DNA of 64,000 bases from positions 248,001 through 312,000 of the forward strand of contig NIVC01000822.1 in assembly GCA_002269645.1 (NCBI GenBank). Direction: 5' to 3'. Positions within the stretch are counted from its first letter, which is position 1; the number at the start of each line of letters is the position of its first letter. Both the position numbers and the translations under genes were made by a program. The notes beneath the pieces were generated by a model that worked only from the letters and a program-made list of their open reading frames with translations, ran no database searches and had not been told where the DNA came from. Origin of the DNA: Macrostomum lignano (taxonomy: Eukaryota). Of the stretch, positions 35,219 to 49,200 are shown piece after piece.

Positions 35219-38005
35219 TTGGCCTATATTGTGAATTTATTAATATTTATCACCTTGACTACTACAATTCCTGCAGCTACTACTACTGAACTTCTACAAA
35301 TTGCAACTTTTACAACTACGAATTTTAAAAATTTTGCAATGGCTCGTGAATTTTCGTATGCATTTAGTTCACTCAATCATGTTGATGATATGGATTCCAA
35401 TTCAAGTGCGGTGTTGGAGACCAATGTTGCTGCAAGTACTCAACATGATATTGTTGAAGCAAGTGATGAACCTAAACTAACTCCAACAAAGTCAAAGTCT
35501 AACTCTAACTCTAGCCTCGAGTTGCTGCTTAATTCTGCAATGTGTACCAAAGTTCATGATTACTTTTCCTCTCTTAACATGAGAAACAACCGAGAAATAG
35601 TTTGCATGGCTATTATTTACATTGCCTTGTCATCTGGTTTATCACAATCAACTGTTGGTTTGTTGTTAAATGTTTTAACTTTAATGAATGTGGTTACAAT
35701 TCCAATCACCATTTCTCGAATCAAAACTTCAATGCGTCGTGTCTTTGCCCCCACAAGTTTATTCAGTTCACAGAAATGTTCTCTAACCCTCAGTGCAAAG
35801 AAGTATCTCCTTTACGAAAGTGCTGTAATTCCACAACAATAAAAATTGCTAAACTTGACCTATTTTTGCAAGTCATTTTTGTGCTACAGCAACATCTGCA
35901 GACAATTTATGAGTATTCCTCTAGTGAAATGATCAAGACTGATGTTATAAAAGATATTGAACTTAAATGTCAGCCTTTGAAGCTATACCTTCACTTGTCT
36001 ACTGATGGTGGCAAGTTTTTTACATTTTCATCTGAATCAAGTTAGTTCAAGCTCAAATTCTCAACTTGCCACCAATTTTACGAGCTAGAATTGAGAATAT
36101 GTTAATGTTAAATATTTTTATTGGTGATAAAAAACCAAATTAGCATTTGTTTTTGAATTCATACCTTGCCCAAATTGGTTTTCTTGAAACTCATAACTTT
36201 GTCATTAATGGTGAGCTTGTGCCTGTTCAGCTAGAAATATTTTCTCTTGTATTCGACTTGCCAGCCATGGCCAGTGTACTTAAGCACACACAATTTAATG
36301 GTAATTTGGAAGTTGTTAAAGTTGGCCGAGGACATTCTCGAAAATTCCCAAATCAATGTGTTTTAGTGAACTCAGAAACTTACAATAAGCGTGTTACTAT
36401 TGTTATTCGCTCTGGGTGTCGTCCTTATTGGGGCATTAAAGGCATGTCTGTTTTTCATGATTATGTTCGCATACCTGATTGTGTACTTTTAGACTGCCTT
36501 CATGTTTTGTACGAGAATTGTACCTCAACAATTCTAAAGTTCTTATTTGATGGTCAGTACTGGCAACAATCTTTTTTTCTGGGCCGAAGCTTAGCTCAAA
36601 TAAATTTACTGCTCCATGGTGCTATTTCACCAAGTTATCTCACAAAACCATTGATGACAAATGAGCGAGCTTGCTGGAAGGCTAGAGATTTCAAGTTCGT
36701 AAGTCTGCACTTTTTGCCAGCTATTGCAACTTTTCTTGTAAGAAGGAAAAAGCAGCAGCAAGCCCATAGTCTGTAGTTGTTTTGCATTATTTGCCGTATT
36801 GCGAACGTTTTTGATGCTGCGGATTATGCGGATCAGCTTGAATTGATTGTTGGCCTATGTATGACTCAACTTGGAATTTCTTTCGACAAAAATATTTATA
36901 CTTTAAACTTTCACTTGCTTTTCCACTTGCCCCCAGAAATTGCTCGCTTTGGACCCATGAGTCGCTATTCAATGTTTTCATTTGAGAAAAAATTTGTTAA
37001 TATAAAAAAATATTGCAAAGGCACGCGGTTTCATATCAAGCAGGCTTGAGAAAAGTTTTTACTTGCTAAGTTTTGTTCTTACTGCCTCTCGCGCAACTAT
37101 ATTTCTGAGAAAAGCAAAGTGTTGTGACGCGACCCTTCTTGTTCGGTGCTGACGGCTATGCACTTATCAATAAAAGAGTCTACGTAGCAAGAAAGCTTAG
37201 AATTTTAACTTCGACTGATTGAATTTAACCGTATTATATTATTTATTTGAAGACAGGAGTTAACTGTTGCTGTTAAATTATTGGTAGTAAGTACTAAGTG
37301 TGGCGAATAGGCACAACGCGGCGGACAAACCAACAGCACACACGAGCCCAGCGAGACAAGAACACTAGAGAACAAAAATGCGATATAACCCACTTTTAAA
37401 TAATGCAATACCCGTATTTCTATGAATGATACAGTAAAACAAATTGTATGTATAAATATAGAATAAATTTAAGATTCGTTTAATAAATAGTAGTTAGATT
37501 AATAATATAATACTAAAAAGGCATTAATAACACTAGAATATTTTTAGAAATAAATATCAACATCGTTACAGTGTTGTCCTTCCTTGGTATTACCAAAGCT
37601 GAATGCAAAATTACATTTTACTCCTCCCATTGTATATCTATTGATGATCGACGTGTGTATGCTTTCAGGAAGGATTCAAATGTATCTTGCTTTTATTACT
37701 TTAAAACAGGATCGTTTGGTAAAATCATTTCATTTGCGAGAAACAATAGTGGCTTGATTCATGCGCGTGTTAGACTGTATGAGCGGGTTTTTTTGTCCTC
37801 TCACAGTAATGACTCTGATCAGTCTGTTTTCAATGTTGCATTATATTTAGCCAATAAAATGTTCTTCTTTGGTAAACCCACTACCCGTATTGCTGCTATT
37901 CCTTCTATTAACATTCTTTACTCATGCGTTGTATATCACAATATCCTCGAAGACCCCAACATTTCGCTTTTTTCTGTCGACAATTGTGTTCCAGAGTATG
38001 GCTAG
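35219..38005 (+). pseudogene. EnSpm/CACTA-like (CMC) transposase pseudogene
   Basis: HLSTDGGKFF, FSLVFDLPAMASVLKHTQFNG, LLDCLHVLY, CWKARDFKF and YTLNFHLLFHLPPEIARFGPMSRYSMFSFEKK...KGTR occur in family order. Several frameshifts and stops; termini not found. Confidence 0.8.
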
Positions 38006-38539
38006 TTTTGTATGTTGCATTTGCCATCAAGCTGAAAGTTAGTCGATGATAATCAACCTGTTTACTTTTTCTTTGTTTGCTTCAACATATGCAGTTCCTA
38101 TTTGGAAAAAAAATACTTGTTTCGTTGCGTGTTATTGAATATTAGTTGAATTGAATTGAATAATTCATTGAATTAACTGAATTTTGAACTTTGAACGCCT
38201 TCTCTCTGTTGACTTAGTCTTTTTGTAGATAATTAACGAGTGTGAAAAGCATGTGGCAGAAGTTGCATTACACTACTAGTAGTACAAATAAAGAAACACA
38301 AAAATTTAAACAATTGCAATTTATGTACGATATATAAGTAAAAAATTGTAATTAAATTGGGAGAATTGCTAAAATTGAAAGAAAGTTGCTATTCGAATTG
38401 CAAATTATTGCAATTTTTTCACAATTAAATTGCAATAATTGCGCAAGATTGCTTCATTCGATTACAATTTCAAAGCAATTCTGTATATTTTTTGTTCTCT
38501 AGTGAAGCTACATGCTTTCCAATTTATGCCATTGGTTGT

Positions 38540-38729
38540 ACCAATGTTGAACGGGCTTCGCTTGGATGGTGTGATTGGTGTCCCATACGCGGATGCAGCG
38601 GGCGTGCAGCGGACAGTGAGACTTCACCCGCTGATTGGAGTGTTTGACGCCCTCGATCGAGCGGACGTTATTGGCGTTAAGCGAACATATCTGCGCGTTG
38701 CCGCTTTGCTGACAGCGTGCGGCCTGTAG
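38540..38729 (+). pseudogene. Small GC-rich fragment of another CACTA-like transposase
   Basis: VRLHPLIGVFDALDRADVIGVK resembles the VxxxLxxxVxDxPARA motif also seen at about 36250. Confidence 0.35.
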
Positions 38730-40431
38730 ACTACTTGCGCTCCATCTTGGCGGATGAGCCGGGTAACGCTGTAAATTTACCTGAGCACCCACAAAAAGTA
38801 CAGCAGTAGTGTCGTGCGTCTAGTGCCCCTGTGCGACGCACTGCCGCATGTCGTCGTGCGACAGATCAATATATTCATAGTTCATTAAAACTCATAAAAA
38901 ATTAAAAAATTCTAGCAGTTAGCCTCAACCATTGATTCGGTCGCGAATCTTGTCACTAATCAGTTTATTCAAAATACTATCAATACATTCTACTTGTGTG
39001 CTTGCTCATTTTGAAAGAATGGAATCAATTCGAATGCATATACTCGTAAAAATTCATGCATACCACAATTGTCATTTGTGGTATTATTATACCACTTTTG
39101 CGTATTAAACAGGCAAAGGAGAGGTCCAGTTCCCAGCGGATACCTGCATGGCGGGCACCAACGAAACCTTTTTTATGGTATAAACGGAGCAATAACGGAA
39201 CGATTTATTGTGTAGTGAAAGTGCCGTTAGCAAGAGAGTGGGAGAAATCAGCCGACACGCGCGTGATGCGTGAACAAGCATCCAGCCTTGGCAGCATCGC
39301 CTTAAATCCAGAAAACCTGTAACGGCTGCAAGCCTAAAAAAGCCGATGATCGGCGAGCAAGAAGCCTAGCCATGCGGCCCTCGCGTGATGCATGAACCAC
39401 CTCTGGCTGACACTGCCTACTGGGCCTCAAAATTCCACTTTCTCCCCCTACTGCTCCTATTCCTCTTTGCTCGCGTACAGTGCGTTAGCTTATAAAATAT
39501 ACTGATTGAAGAGGAACGATCCTCGCAAGAAGTTAAAGAATGTGACTCTAGGGATCACACAAAGAAAGTACTATCGAGTCCATTGTTTGCTGTCTTCCTG
39601 AACTGTTGGCAGAAGGAAAAGTTTATGGGGGAACCCATAATATGTAAAATATTTCATCTGGAACAAATCGGACTAAGTGGATACAATACCTTCTTAGAAG
39701 AATTCGGCAAAAACGGTTAGATTTTTAGTAAAATTATACGAATGTTGACCTTATTGTCTCTTGGAAAATCGGCGAAGACAATTATTTACTTTTTCTTAAA
39801 AAATCTTGACACGTATCTTGACACGAAAGTTTTCTAATTTAGTTCAGTACTTCAGACATTCACTGTCATTCAGTTATCAATTCAATTGTTGTCTTGTCTG
39901 TGTGTGTGTCTGTGTGACTGTGACTTTTTTACTTTATGGACTATATTATTAATTATTGGACTTCATTTTTAAGAGTTTCTAGACTTAAAATTATAACTTT
40001 ACTGATTACTCCTAACTCCTACTCCTACAAAAACTGAAAAACTATAGAAGATGCAAATATGAGACTGAATTCATTAGAAGGAATTTAGGTAAGAAAGACA
40101 ACATCTAAATAAAAATAGTGGTTTCATCAGTTGTAAATATAAATTTACAATTTGTAAATTATAAATCTGCCTTTGAATCAACAAAGGCAGATACTTATTA
40201 ATATTTACTTATTTGAAATTGAAAGATATAACTGTTTTTTATAACAAAATAACTTGGTTTTTTGTTTTATTCTTATATCTAAATATAGAATATTAGCTTA
40301 AGCTTCACTTAGCTTTGAAGCAAAAAAAGTATATTTTTGTTTGGTTAATGATTCAGATATATTACCCTACTGACTAACTACTCTCTTCTCCTCCCATTTT
40401 TCAGCAACTTATCTGTTAGCAATAGCTTAAA

Positions 40432-43400
40432 ATGGCTTCCTCTTTAGCTTCAGCTTCATCTTTAAGCCCTATCTCTGACTCTAATGGCTCTAAAGAAAAT
40501 GAGCCAGAGCCACTACCATCACAACCACTAGCATCTACATCTAGTACATCTACTAATATCCAAGCTCAGAAGGCTGCAGTTGCAAAGAGTGCTTGGGCCC
40601 AACTGCCCATTATGCAGCAGGCAGGCAGGGCAGCAACTGCAAATAGCAAGCGCTCATCATCAACATCTGGAATGCTACCTAGCCAAGAACAGACTATGAC
40701 AAAAAAGTCTCGGGCTACTGTGCATGACCCACACTATTGTGTAGACTGCTTGCAGAATGGGCTTCCACTAGAAAACTGTCGCATCTACCGCAAAGATCTT
40801 AGCCATCAACAAAATCACCGCAAGCGATGGCATAAAGATGACCCAGCATCAAAGGTCCTGACATTTTGCATGCCAGACCATGCCAATGTTTGCGATCTGA
40901 TTGCTTCTAGGCCTCCAACAGAGCGGCAGCGTAAGAAGTTGGTCACACAAGCCATGGTCAACCATGAGGTGCTAGAAGAGCTACCAGTACCAGCAACATC
41001 ACAGCAGCCCCTAGCCATAGTGGGACAGCAGCAACCAGTGCAAGTGCCAGTTGTGGTGCAGCCAGAGCCACAGGTTCTTTCTGTGAACACCAAGCCACTG
41101 GAGTCGACTGGCATAGACATAGGGCCCAACTCCTATGTGCGATCTGTGATGCCAGCTGCTTCACCAATCAGTCCAGCTGAGTCGGCATCTTCAACATCAA
41201 CAGGTGCCTTGGGGCGGGATCTGGTGGCCATTGTTGCTGGGCTTGAGAGTAGGCTTGTGGAGGCAGCCCGCCAACAGGTCCTAATCCCAATGGTGCTAAA
41301 CATTGTTCGCAACTTGGCCCAGATACAGGCCACCTGTGTCCTCCAGCTCGAGCTCTTCTGACCTGCCGCACGTGCCACCAATTGTGGCTGGCAACATGGC
41401 CGAGCTCCTGCAGAATGAGATGCTCGCCACAGCGCCATGCATCGAGGACACCATTCTCTACTGCATCCCATGCTACAACCTGCTGATGGAAGGCCGGCCC
41501 TTCTCGCTGAAGATGACTGTTGCGCAGAAGCATAGCATTTTGTGAGTTGATTGGCTGTGCTCTGTCTTAGATTGGCTTTGTAGTGTGCATTGGCTACATG
41601 CTTTGAAGGATTTCAAAGGAGGTTAACATTTTTCTCTAATCTGACTTTTTTTCATAGGAACCCCAATTCGACGGGCACACTGGCGAGAGGGCTGCTCATT
41701 ACAAAGCAACAAATGACAGCGATCCTTGCTGGTGGCGAGGCATTCTTTCGGCTGCGGTATAGCATTGGGAAACACCTTTCTGGTGTCGAGGCTCTCGGCC
41801 ATCTGAAGGCGGCAGAGCACTATAAGAACCGCAGGGTGCATCAGATGCGAGTATCGGGAACCGTTCGTCGTCTCTTGCGGTGCTCCGTTTCCAACATTGA
41901 GTCGGCGTCAGCTAACCAACACTATGAGATGTTGGTTTGCATGCTCCATCGGTCTGACGCAGAAGTCGGCCAGCGGGGCCATGGCCGGTATGCACCCTGA
42001 AAAGTGACTTTCATTTGGTGTGTTGTATGCTGATTTACGTTTCATGATTGTCTAACTGACGATATAGATTAAAATTCAAATGCCATCATAATATTGATTT
42101 AAAATGGCTACGTGAATGGTCAAACTCCTCTCTGCCCGCTTGTACCCCACTAGGGATTTCAACAAGGAGCTATGGTCACTGTTAGAGGTCTGCGCCGACA
42201 GGTCCACAGCCGAGTTTCTTCAGACCCCGCTTCCTTCGACTGGGTGTCCGCCTAGCTACGCATCACATGTGACAAAATTACACCCAGTCGCGTCACTAAC
42301 CAAGCCGTCATGGTGCTAGCTAGGTGACTAGGAAGTGAAGTAATGAGAAATGATGAAGGGATGAATGAAATGGACTTTTGGGTCTATATGTAGTCGTACA
42401 TACTTAATGTAATGATTTTGATTTGATGAAGCTCAGTTGGAGCTGATATGCACCACAATCTCATTGGCCAGAAGTGCCGGCAAATCAGTCGCAAGCTAAA
42501 GCCTTACATGCTGCCGATTATTATCCCCCCTAATATAGGTGCCACACTGGCGAGGCCGTTGCCATACCAGGTGGCCCCTGGCCGTCTATTCCGATGAGAT
42601 GGATGGGAGCGGCCCCATTCTAGTGGAGCGCCTCTTCCAAGGGCCGGCGCACTTCGATTTGCCCCTGGGCCGCCTCGTGGGTGTCATTGCCGATGGGCAA
42701 TATCAAATGGCACCTTTCAAGGAGGCCGTGTTCACCAAGCTGAGGGCAGCCGGAGCCGACTATGAGATCCCAATCAACTGGGACGCGGCGCACTACATCA
42801 ACCTGGCTGTGACGGACGTGCGCGACAGCGACGACGGGGAGATGTTGCTGCGGTTTGTCGACAGGGCGAACCTATTTCCACGGCTGTTCGGTCACGGGCG
42901 CGGCCATTCAGCTCTAGATGTATGTATGCCAGTGTGAATGAATAGGCTTGTCTTGCACTAATGAATGGATTGTTGGTGGCAAATTGTATGCCATACACAC
43001 CATCGCAGCCGAAAGTTTAATGCTGTTTCAACCCCTTACCTTTGTAAAAAAGGCGGCCTCTGAGGACCGTGCAGGGGCAATCTCGTCATTCGCCTCACAG
43101 CGGTTTATCAGCTCGGCACCTTTGACGGCATCACGCCCCAACCGCTTCCAGTGGCGCGCTAGAGACACTGAGGTAAGCTGGTCATGTGTACACTGCATTG
43201 TGTACACTGGGGAAGGAAATCATACTTTTTTATCCATTCTTTGTCGAGCACTGTACCACACAACCACGTAGCTCTAAAAATGTGCTTCCACTTTTCATCT
43301 CACTTTTTCACTTTAAATCTCACCCTTCACCCTTTTTGTCCTCCCTAGGACATTACACGCAACATCCAGCAGCTTGCCGGCGCACTTCACCGCAGTTTCG

Positions 43401-44680
43401 TCGCTCGCATTCAACGCTGCTGCAATGCCAGCACCTCCGATTGTGCCTCCTTCGACGCTGCTGAGGCCATCCGTGCCATCGCATCTGGCGACTCCGAGGT
43501 TGCCGCAGAGGAGTTCGCTAACCAGCGTGCACCTGCAGTTGAGCGGCTCGTAACCGAGGCTGCCAAACACGAGCATTTGGCCCATCTAAAAGTCCTCATG
43601 GCGCGAAGGTATATTTCACGAAGCTACACAGGTGTATGGAATGGTCAAAGAACACTATACTGTATGTGAATGGAAATGACAATTGTTATCACTTAATTAC
43701 TAGGCTTAAGAACAAAAAGAAAGATAATGTAAGTATGTGACACGCATTCTGTCTTCCATGAATTTCCCCCCAACCGGCCAACCCTAGGTACGCTGCGAAC
43801 TTCGTGGACACACTCCGCCACGTCCTTTTTACAGGTGAAGGCCGCGAGGGCTGGCTGGTGCCCCCTGTCAATGGGCCACTGACAGATGTCCAGGTTGCAG
43901 CGTCGCTTTTGCCTACTGAGCTGTCGCTGCACTTGTCGGGCTCGACCACGGAGGGTGCCTTCACGGCTGTTGTTGACGAAGCAGCGGTATATCGGTCATT
44001 CTATGCCGACCCGGACGTCTACCATCGGGCCGGCTCTGCGACCTGTGCTCTGCTCGACTTCGCACTGCATCGAGGTGGTACCGGTGAGCCTTCTGGTTGC
44101 TATTGACTCATTAGATTATCTTGTGTAATAGGATAGCTAGCGATAAATAGGGATGGAATGGGTGGGGCTTCATGCCCTGCGACAGTAGGCCGCTAAAGAA
44201 TATCTGGGTTGCTGGGGCCTAGTGGCTGGCTGGTGTTCAACGTATGATGTCAGTGGTTGTCATATTTGTCAGGGAATCTTGCTTTGATCAGAATTCACTA
44301 GGGTAAGTGCCAAAAGCGCGGCAGTGGTCACCTATTCATATGTTCTGTTCTGCTTTGTTGCAGAGGCCATCGTCGAAAGCTTCTATTCCACGATGCGGTC
44401 GCAGCAGCAACAAGGCGGCCAGACCAACAACACGCTACAGCTTCGCGCGAAGCTTTGTTGGCTACTGCCACCAATGGGGAGCGATGCGTGCGAAGAGTTC
44501 CTGAATGATGCAGGGAGGCTCTTCTTTCGAGGAGACTCAGCCCGCGGGATTCGCTCACATTGGAGCCCATTTTTCGCTGGTGATGCCAAGGACGCTGTTG
44601 GCAAGGTGCTGCAGAGGCGTGCGACAGCTATCTCCCACGTCCCATTTATTGGTCGCCAGAAGCGAAGTGACGCGCAGTGA
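40432..44680 (+). pseudogene. hAT-like transposase gene, 8 exons, about 990 aa, at least 3 frameshifts
   Basis: Exons 40432-41541, 41658-41987, 42154-42323, 42539-42919, 43053-43172, 43349-43608, 43788-44083 and 44364-44680 with GT-AG joins. Zn-finger-like CVDC..H....H and CIPC. Core motifs CDKITPSR (first D, after a frameshift), GVIADGQY (second D), WDAAHYINLA (CxxH equivalent) and GGTEAIVESFYSTM (E, hATC-like). Confidence 0.75.
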
Positions 44681-44789
44681 AGTGAAGCGAAGATTACAGT
44701 TTGTAACTTCCTGAAGCGCAACGTTCATGCCATTTTTTGCCCGTACCAACTACCAACACCTTACATTACTATGTAAGTGCCACTATTTT

Positions 44790-44924
44790 TGTCGTACAGC
44801 ACTTCTTTAAACTCTAACTCTGTCGTACAACACTAGTACCATTTTCCAATCCCTGTCGTACTGTCGTACAACAGGCCGAAATGAAAATTTACCTTCCGTC
44901 ATATACAGAAATCCTTCCGCACTA
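44790..44924. repeat. Cluster of TGTCGTAC motifs, probable hAT right subterminal region
   Basis: Four TGTCGTAC copies within about 80 bp downstream of the transposase stop, followed by ...CCGCACTA. Related GTGCGAC motifs at 38807-38866. No 8-bp TSD confirmed. Confidence 0.4.
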
Positions 44925-46218
44925 TGGATGCAAATCCCCATAAAGGGCATGAAACTTAGGAATTTTCAAAGCTCAAAAGAATGGCCAGTTAGTTTCTTTG
45001 ATAAAATGATAGCAAAACAGGCCAAGCTCTTTGTCCTAAAGGCACATCCTGATAACTTTTGCCACATCAAAGTTATTAAGCATATTGGCACAGGTATACA
45101 TGCAAAATACACTATACAGAAATAGGAAAAATGTACATTGAAAGGTTGTACATTCAAAAAGAAGTCATATATGCAATCTTTTTCAAAATAGACAGCAGGA
45201 CTTAGAATATACTTTATCTTTTATGCATTTATCACAAATCCATTTTTTATTTGCAGATCTTTCAGATGCCAAACATGCTGCAACTATACTATACACTATA
45301 AGTATCTGTTATGAGTGCCTAATAAGCTCATGGTGCAGCTTTTTATACAGTTGCCTATGATCATTTTAGCTGGGCCCGAAGATTGCGCATAGTTTCTCAA
45401 AGGCCTGCATCCATCAGCACTGCTCTTTTCTAAAGGGGACCAGGCAATAGCAGTAGCAAAGGTTGGCAAACTGGCGTGCTGGACTGGAAGTGTATTTGAG
45501 ATAGGAAAAAACACCATTTTTTGAATGAAAAAATTCATAACTTTTTTACTACTTAATCAATTTTTAAGTCTAGTGTCATTTCACTCATAATACCTAGGGC
45601 TACATGTGGCATGGTTGAAAATTTGGATTTTGGAAAAAAAATTTCTCACTGGACCCCCTACAAGTTATAGTTATTTATACTTATATTTGGTTATAATATA
45701 TTTTTCCAACCCAGGCCTCCTTATCTCAAAAACAATTTTTTGGACAAAAATGCTATAAATTATCGTTTAATTACCAAAATTAATAAATGAAGTCAGTTTG
45801 TGATGATGGATGCTATTCTCCTCTATCAAAAGGCCAATAGCTAGGCCTATCAAATGCATGTCTCAAAAATAATAAATCTCACTGGAGACTCTAACTAGAG
45901 TGCATACTATACAGTTTACACATACAATAGAGTTCAATCGAAGGCATTCTAGACAGGCCCCAAGCCAAGGTGATTTGCATTAAGCACTAGGCCTACAGTT
46001 TGGTAGCATTGTCAGCGTCAAGCCACGAAGGCTTGCGCTTAGATTAGGCATGAATGATTAACTATTTGTTGATGAGACAATGTGGACATGCACCTAGGCT
46101 GTACCGTGTACTCAGCTTAAAATAGCAACTTACTTGTGCGGCTGTTCCAAAGGCTGAAGATGATGAAATTTACAAAAAAGACCAGCGGCACCTCTAAATT
46201 CCCCGAAGAAGGCGGGCG

Positions 46219-49200
46219 GTAGTAGTAGTAGTAGTAGTAAGAGAATTTGGCTCAAGCAATTAGCCTGTTTGGCCAATATATTATAGAGCTATGTATTTGG
46301 AAAAATTTTCGAAATAGAAGTTTATAAAGACGATTTGACGACGATTTGCCGAGTTATTGTAAAAGATAAAATATTTGAAAGCGCGCCAGAATTTTTACGG
46401 TATTTTTGGACGAAAAGTGACGACTAACAACTAACAACGAGTATAAATATTAATACAAAAATGAGTACAAATTACGAGGTATAGCTTTAATTGCGAGATT
46501 ACTTTGGTAAGCGAGTTTGTAAAAAAAAAAGATGTAGTATTTTTGAAAGCGCGTGATATTTCAAAGCGTGAAAAACGAACATAAACAATACTTCAAAAGA
46601 ACTTTACGTTTAACGAATAACGACGATTTAAATAGGGAATTAAAAAAGACAGTAAATGAATAAACAACTGAAAAGCGGATTTGTTACACTGCTAATGTAT
46701 CTGATTCAGTTTGTTTAACTGTTTTAGCTATTCATGACTTCATATATTTTAGCTACACCAGTGAGTTCTTTTCTGACTCTTTTTTCATTTGTAGCATATC
46801 CTATCTTGTGTATTTGATTGCTATTTAAGAGGTATTGACAGAAGGATTTTTTCCTGATCTCTTCAGTTTGTGGACATTCGGTCAAGTAGTGTAGAATGTC
46901 AAAACCATTTCGCGCTCCACACATTTTACATGGTTCTTGAGAAAAAAGTTGGGTGTAATCTCGCATTTCAGTTTTAGGAGGGTTGTTAAGAATTTTTTGT
47001 TTCTAAATGTACATGGAAAGTAATCTGAAAGGTCGGGCCTGCAGATTTTTTTGTAGAGATAGGTGTTTTTGTAGAGTTTAATATATTGCTGATTCTCTAG
47101 CTTTTGGCTAAGTTCTCTTTCTCTGTGTATCTTGAGGTGCTTTTTCACTAAGTATTTCTCGTTATTAAAGCTTTGGGAAAGTTTATCTTCAGTTAGTGCT
47201 TTTAGGTCTATACTTTCTAGTTTCTTTAGTACATTCATTTTCCATGGATTTTTTTGGCCGGTGCTTGAGTAGAAAATTTCTAGAGTCGTTTGGCAGAGTT
47301 TTTTGTGTCTAATCTTCAGCCAGTATAGATGAGGTAGGTTTTAGCGATTCGTTGAGAGATTGGAGTAAGCTCAAGTTCTGATGATATCACACTGTTGCTA
47401 GCAAATTTTGGTAGATTGAGGAGATATTTGTAGAATTTCAGCTGAATATTATCAATAGCTTTTGTATCAGACATCATGGTAGCCAGAGGGCCCCAGAGCT
47501 CACAACCGTAAGTGATAACGGGGGTAACAAGCGCGTCGAATAGTCTGCGAATGAGTGTGATGTCTAGGGACGTATTCTTTACCCTATGGAGTAGGGAAAA
47601 CATGGCTGTATAACCCTGCTTAGTTTGGTGTTCAATACATTTTTTAAAGCTGTTTTTTGGTTCAAAAATAATTCCCAGTCATTTAAATTCATTTACTTCC
47701 TCTATTTCTTGGTTGTCGTAGTATATTTTTGTAGCAATGCTTTCTGTGTCGTTTTTTGTCTGGTATTGCCCTGCATAAACTTTGTCTTGCTTGCGTTTAC
47801 TTTCAAGTAATTTTGTTTGCAGTAATTTTCCATAGTCGTAAATGTGTCTTGAAGTTCGTCTTTGTTTTTAGCTAGAATGGCCTAGCGCTAGAGAGTTCAA
47901 GATATTCAACAATGTCGTCAATATATAGTTCAAAAAGGATGGTAGAGAGAGGGTTGCCTTGAAGAACACCTTTAGATATTGGGATTGGCTGGGTTTCATC
48001 ATCATCATCATCTTTTTTAGAATGAAGCAGGCATTTTTATGCATGTTCTTGATAAGTTCCGTCATTTGACCTTTAATACCCTGGTTATCCGTTTTGCACC
48101 AAAGGGTCGGTTGATTTAAGCTATCGAAGGCTTTTTCATAGTCAAAAAATCCAATAAAGAGTTCTTCTTTGTTGTAGATGGATTGGTTTATAATGTTGTA
48201 AAGATTAAAACATTGGTCGATTGTGCTGTGATTGGGCTTGAAACCATATTGGTATTTTGATATAAGATTGTTTGCGTATGCTAGGTTTTCGAGTCTGGAT
48301 TTAATAATTTGGCAAAAGAGCTTGCCAAGAATTGGTTGAATGCAGATTCCTCTGTAATTGTTGGGGTCGGCACTGCTGCCTTTGTTTTTATAAATCGGAT
48401 GAAGTGTATTTGTTATCCAACTAGTTGGGAAGGTTCCTTGTTTGAGTGCTTCGTTGAAAAGTGAGCATAGGAGGTCAGCAAGTTCGTTCTCGAGGTATTT
48501 GAGTGTTTCTACATATACTTTATCGTGCCCAGGTGCTTTGTCGGTTTTGAGCTTTTTAATATGTTTTATAACTTCTTCTTTGGTGAATGGGGCATTGAAA
48601 TCCTCTAAATCAGCCAGAATAGGGTTGTCAAGGTGAAGATTGTATGATAGTCTAATGCTGCTGTCTTGTTCAGTTACAAGATTTTGAAAGTGTATGACAA
48701 ATTTTTCATCAATTGTTACTCTGTTGTTTGAGGGATTTGGTGTTTTTAATAAGTTCCAAAGTTGTTTTGTATCGTTTTGAATAAAGGCTTGGTTGATCAT
48801 GTTGTCTGCACAGAGAGTTGTTTCAAATTTCCATGAAGTGAGCTTTTTTTCGTATGCTTTTTTGAGTTGTACTTTGCTTGAGAGGTTGTTGGGAGTAGGG
48901 AAGGTTTTATATCTTCTGCAGGCATGTCTAGCAGCGTTTCTTAAATCTTTAAGGGAGCGAGGCAGTGTTGAGCATAGTGGGTTCTTTATCTCTACTGTGA
49001 TGTTGTTTTGAATTTGTCTAACTTTTCTACTTAATTCATTTATAAAAGCTGGGTTTTGTATGTCTAGATTTGTGATTTTGTCATTCATGTTTTTCAGGTC
49101 ATTTGCGAAGTTATTGATATGTTTTTCTTGTTGCAGGTTGGGTTTATGTGACTTTTTTAGGACTCTGTATCTCGTTTTCGAGTTATTGGTTGCTTGTTTA

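Noticed and set aside
10392-38811. CACTA termini (CACTACTGCT ... AGCAGTAGTG) enclosing the whole nest and the EnSpm-like transposase
   Set aside because: Only a 10-bp match and no TSD (AAG versus TCG); compatible with chance.
40432-44680. Functional host gene or domesticated transposase
   Set aside because: At least three frameshifts, TE-dense context and probable subterminal repeats; kept as a pseudogene pending read-level checks.
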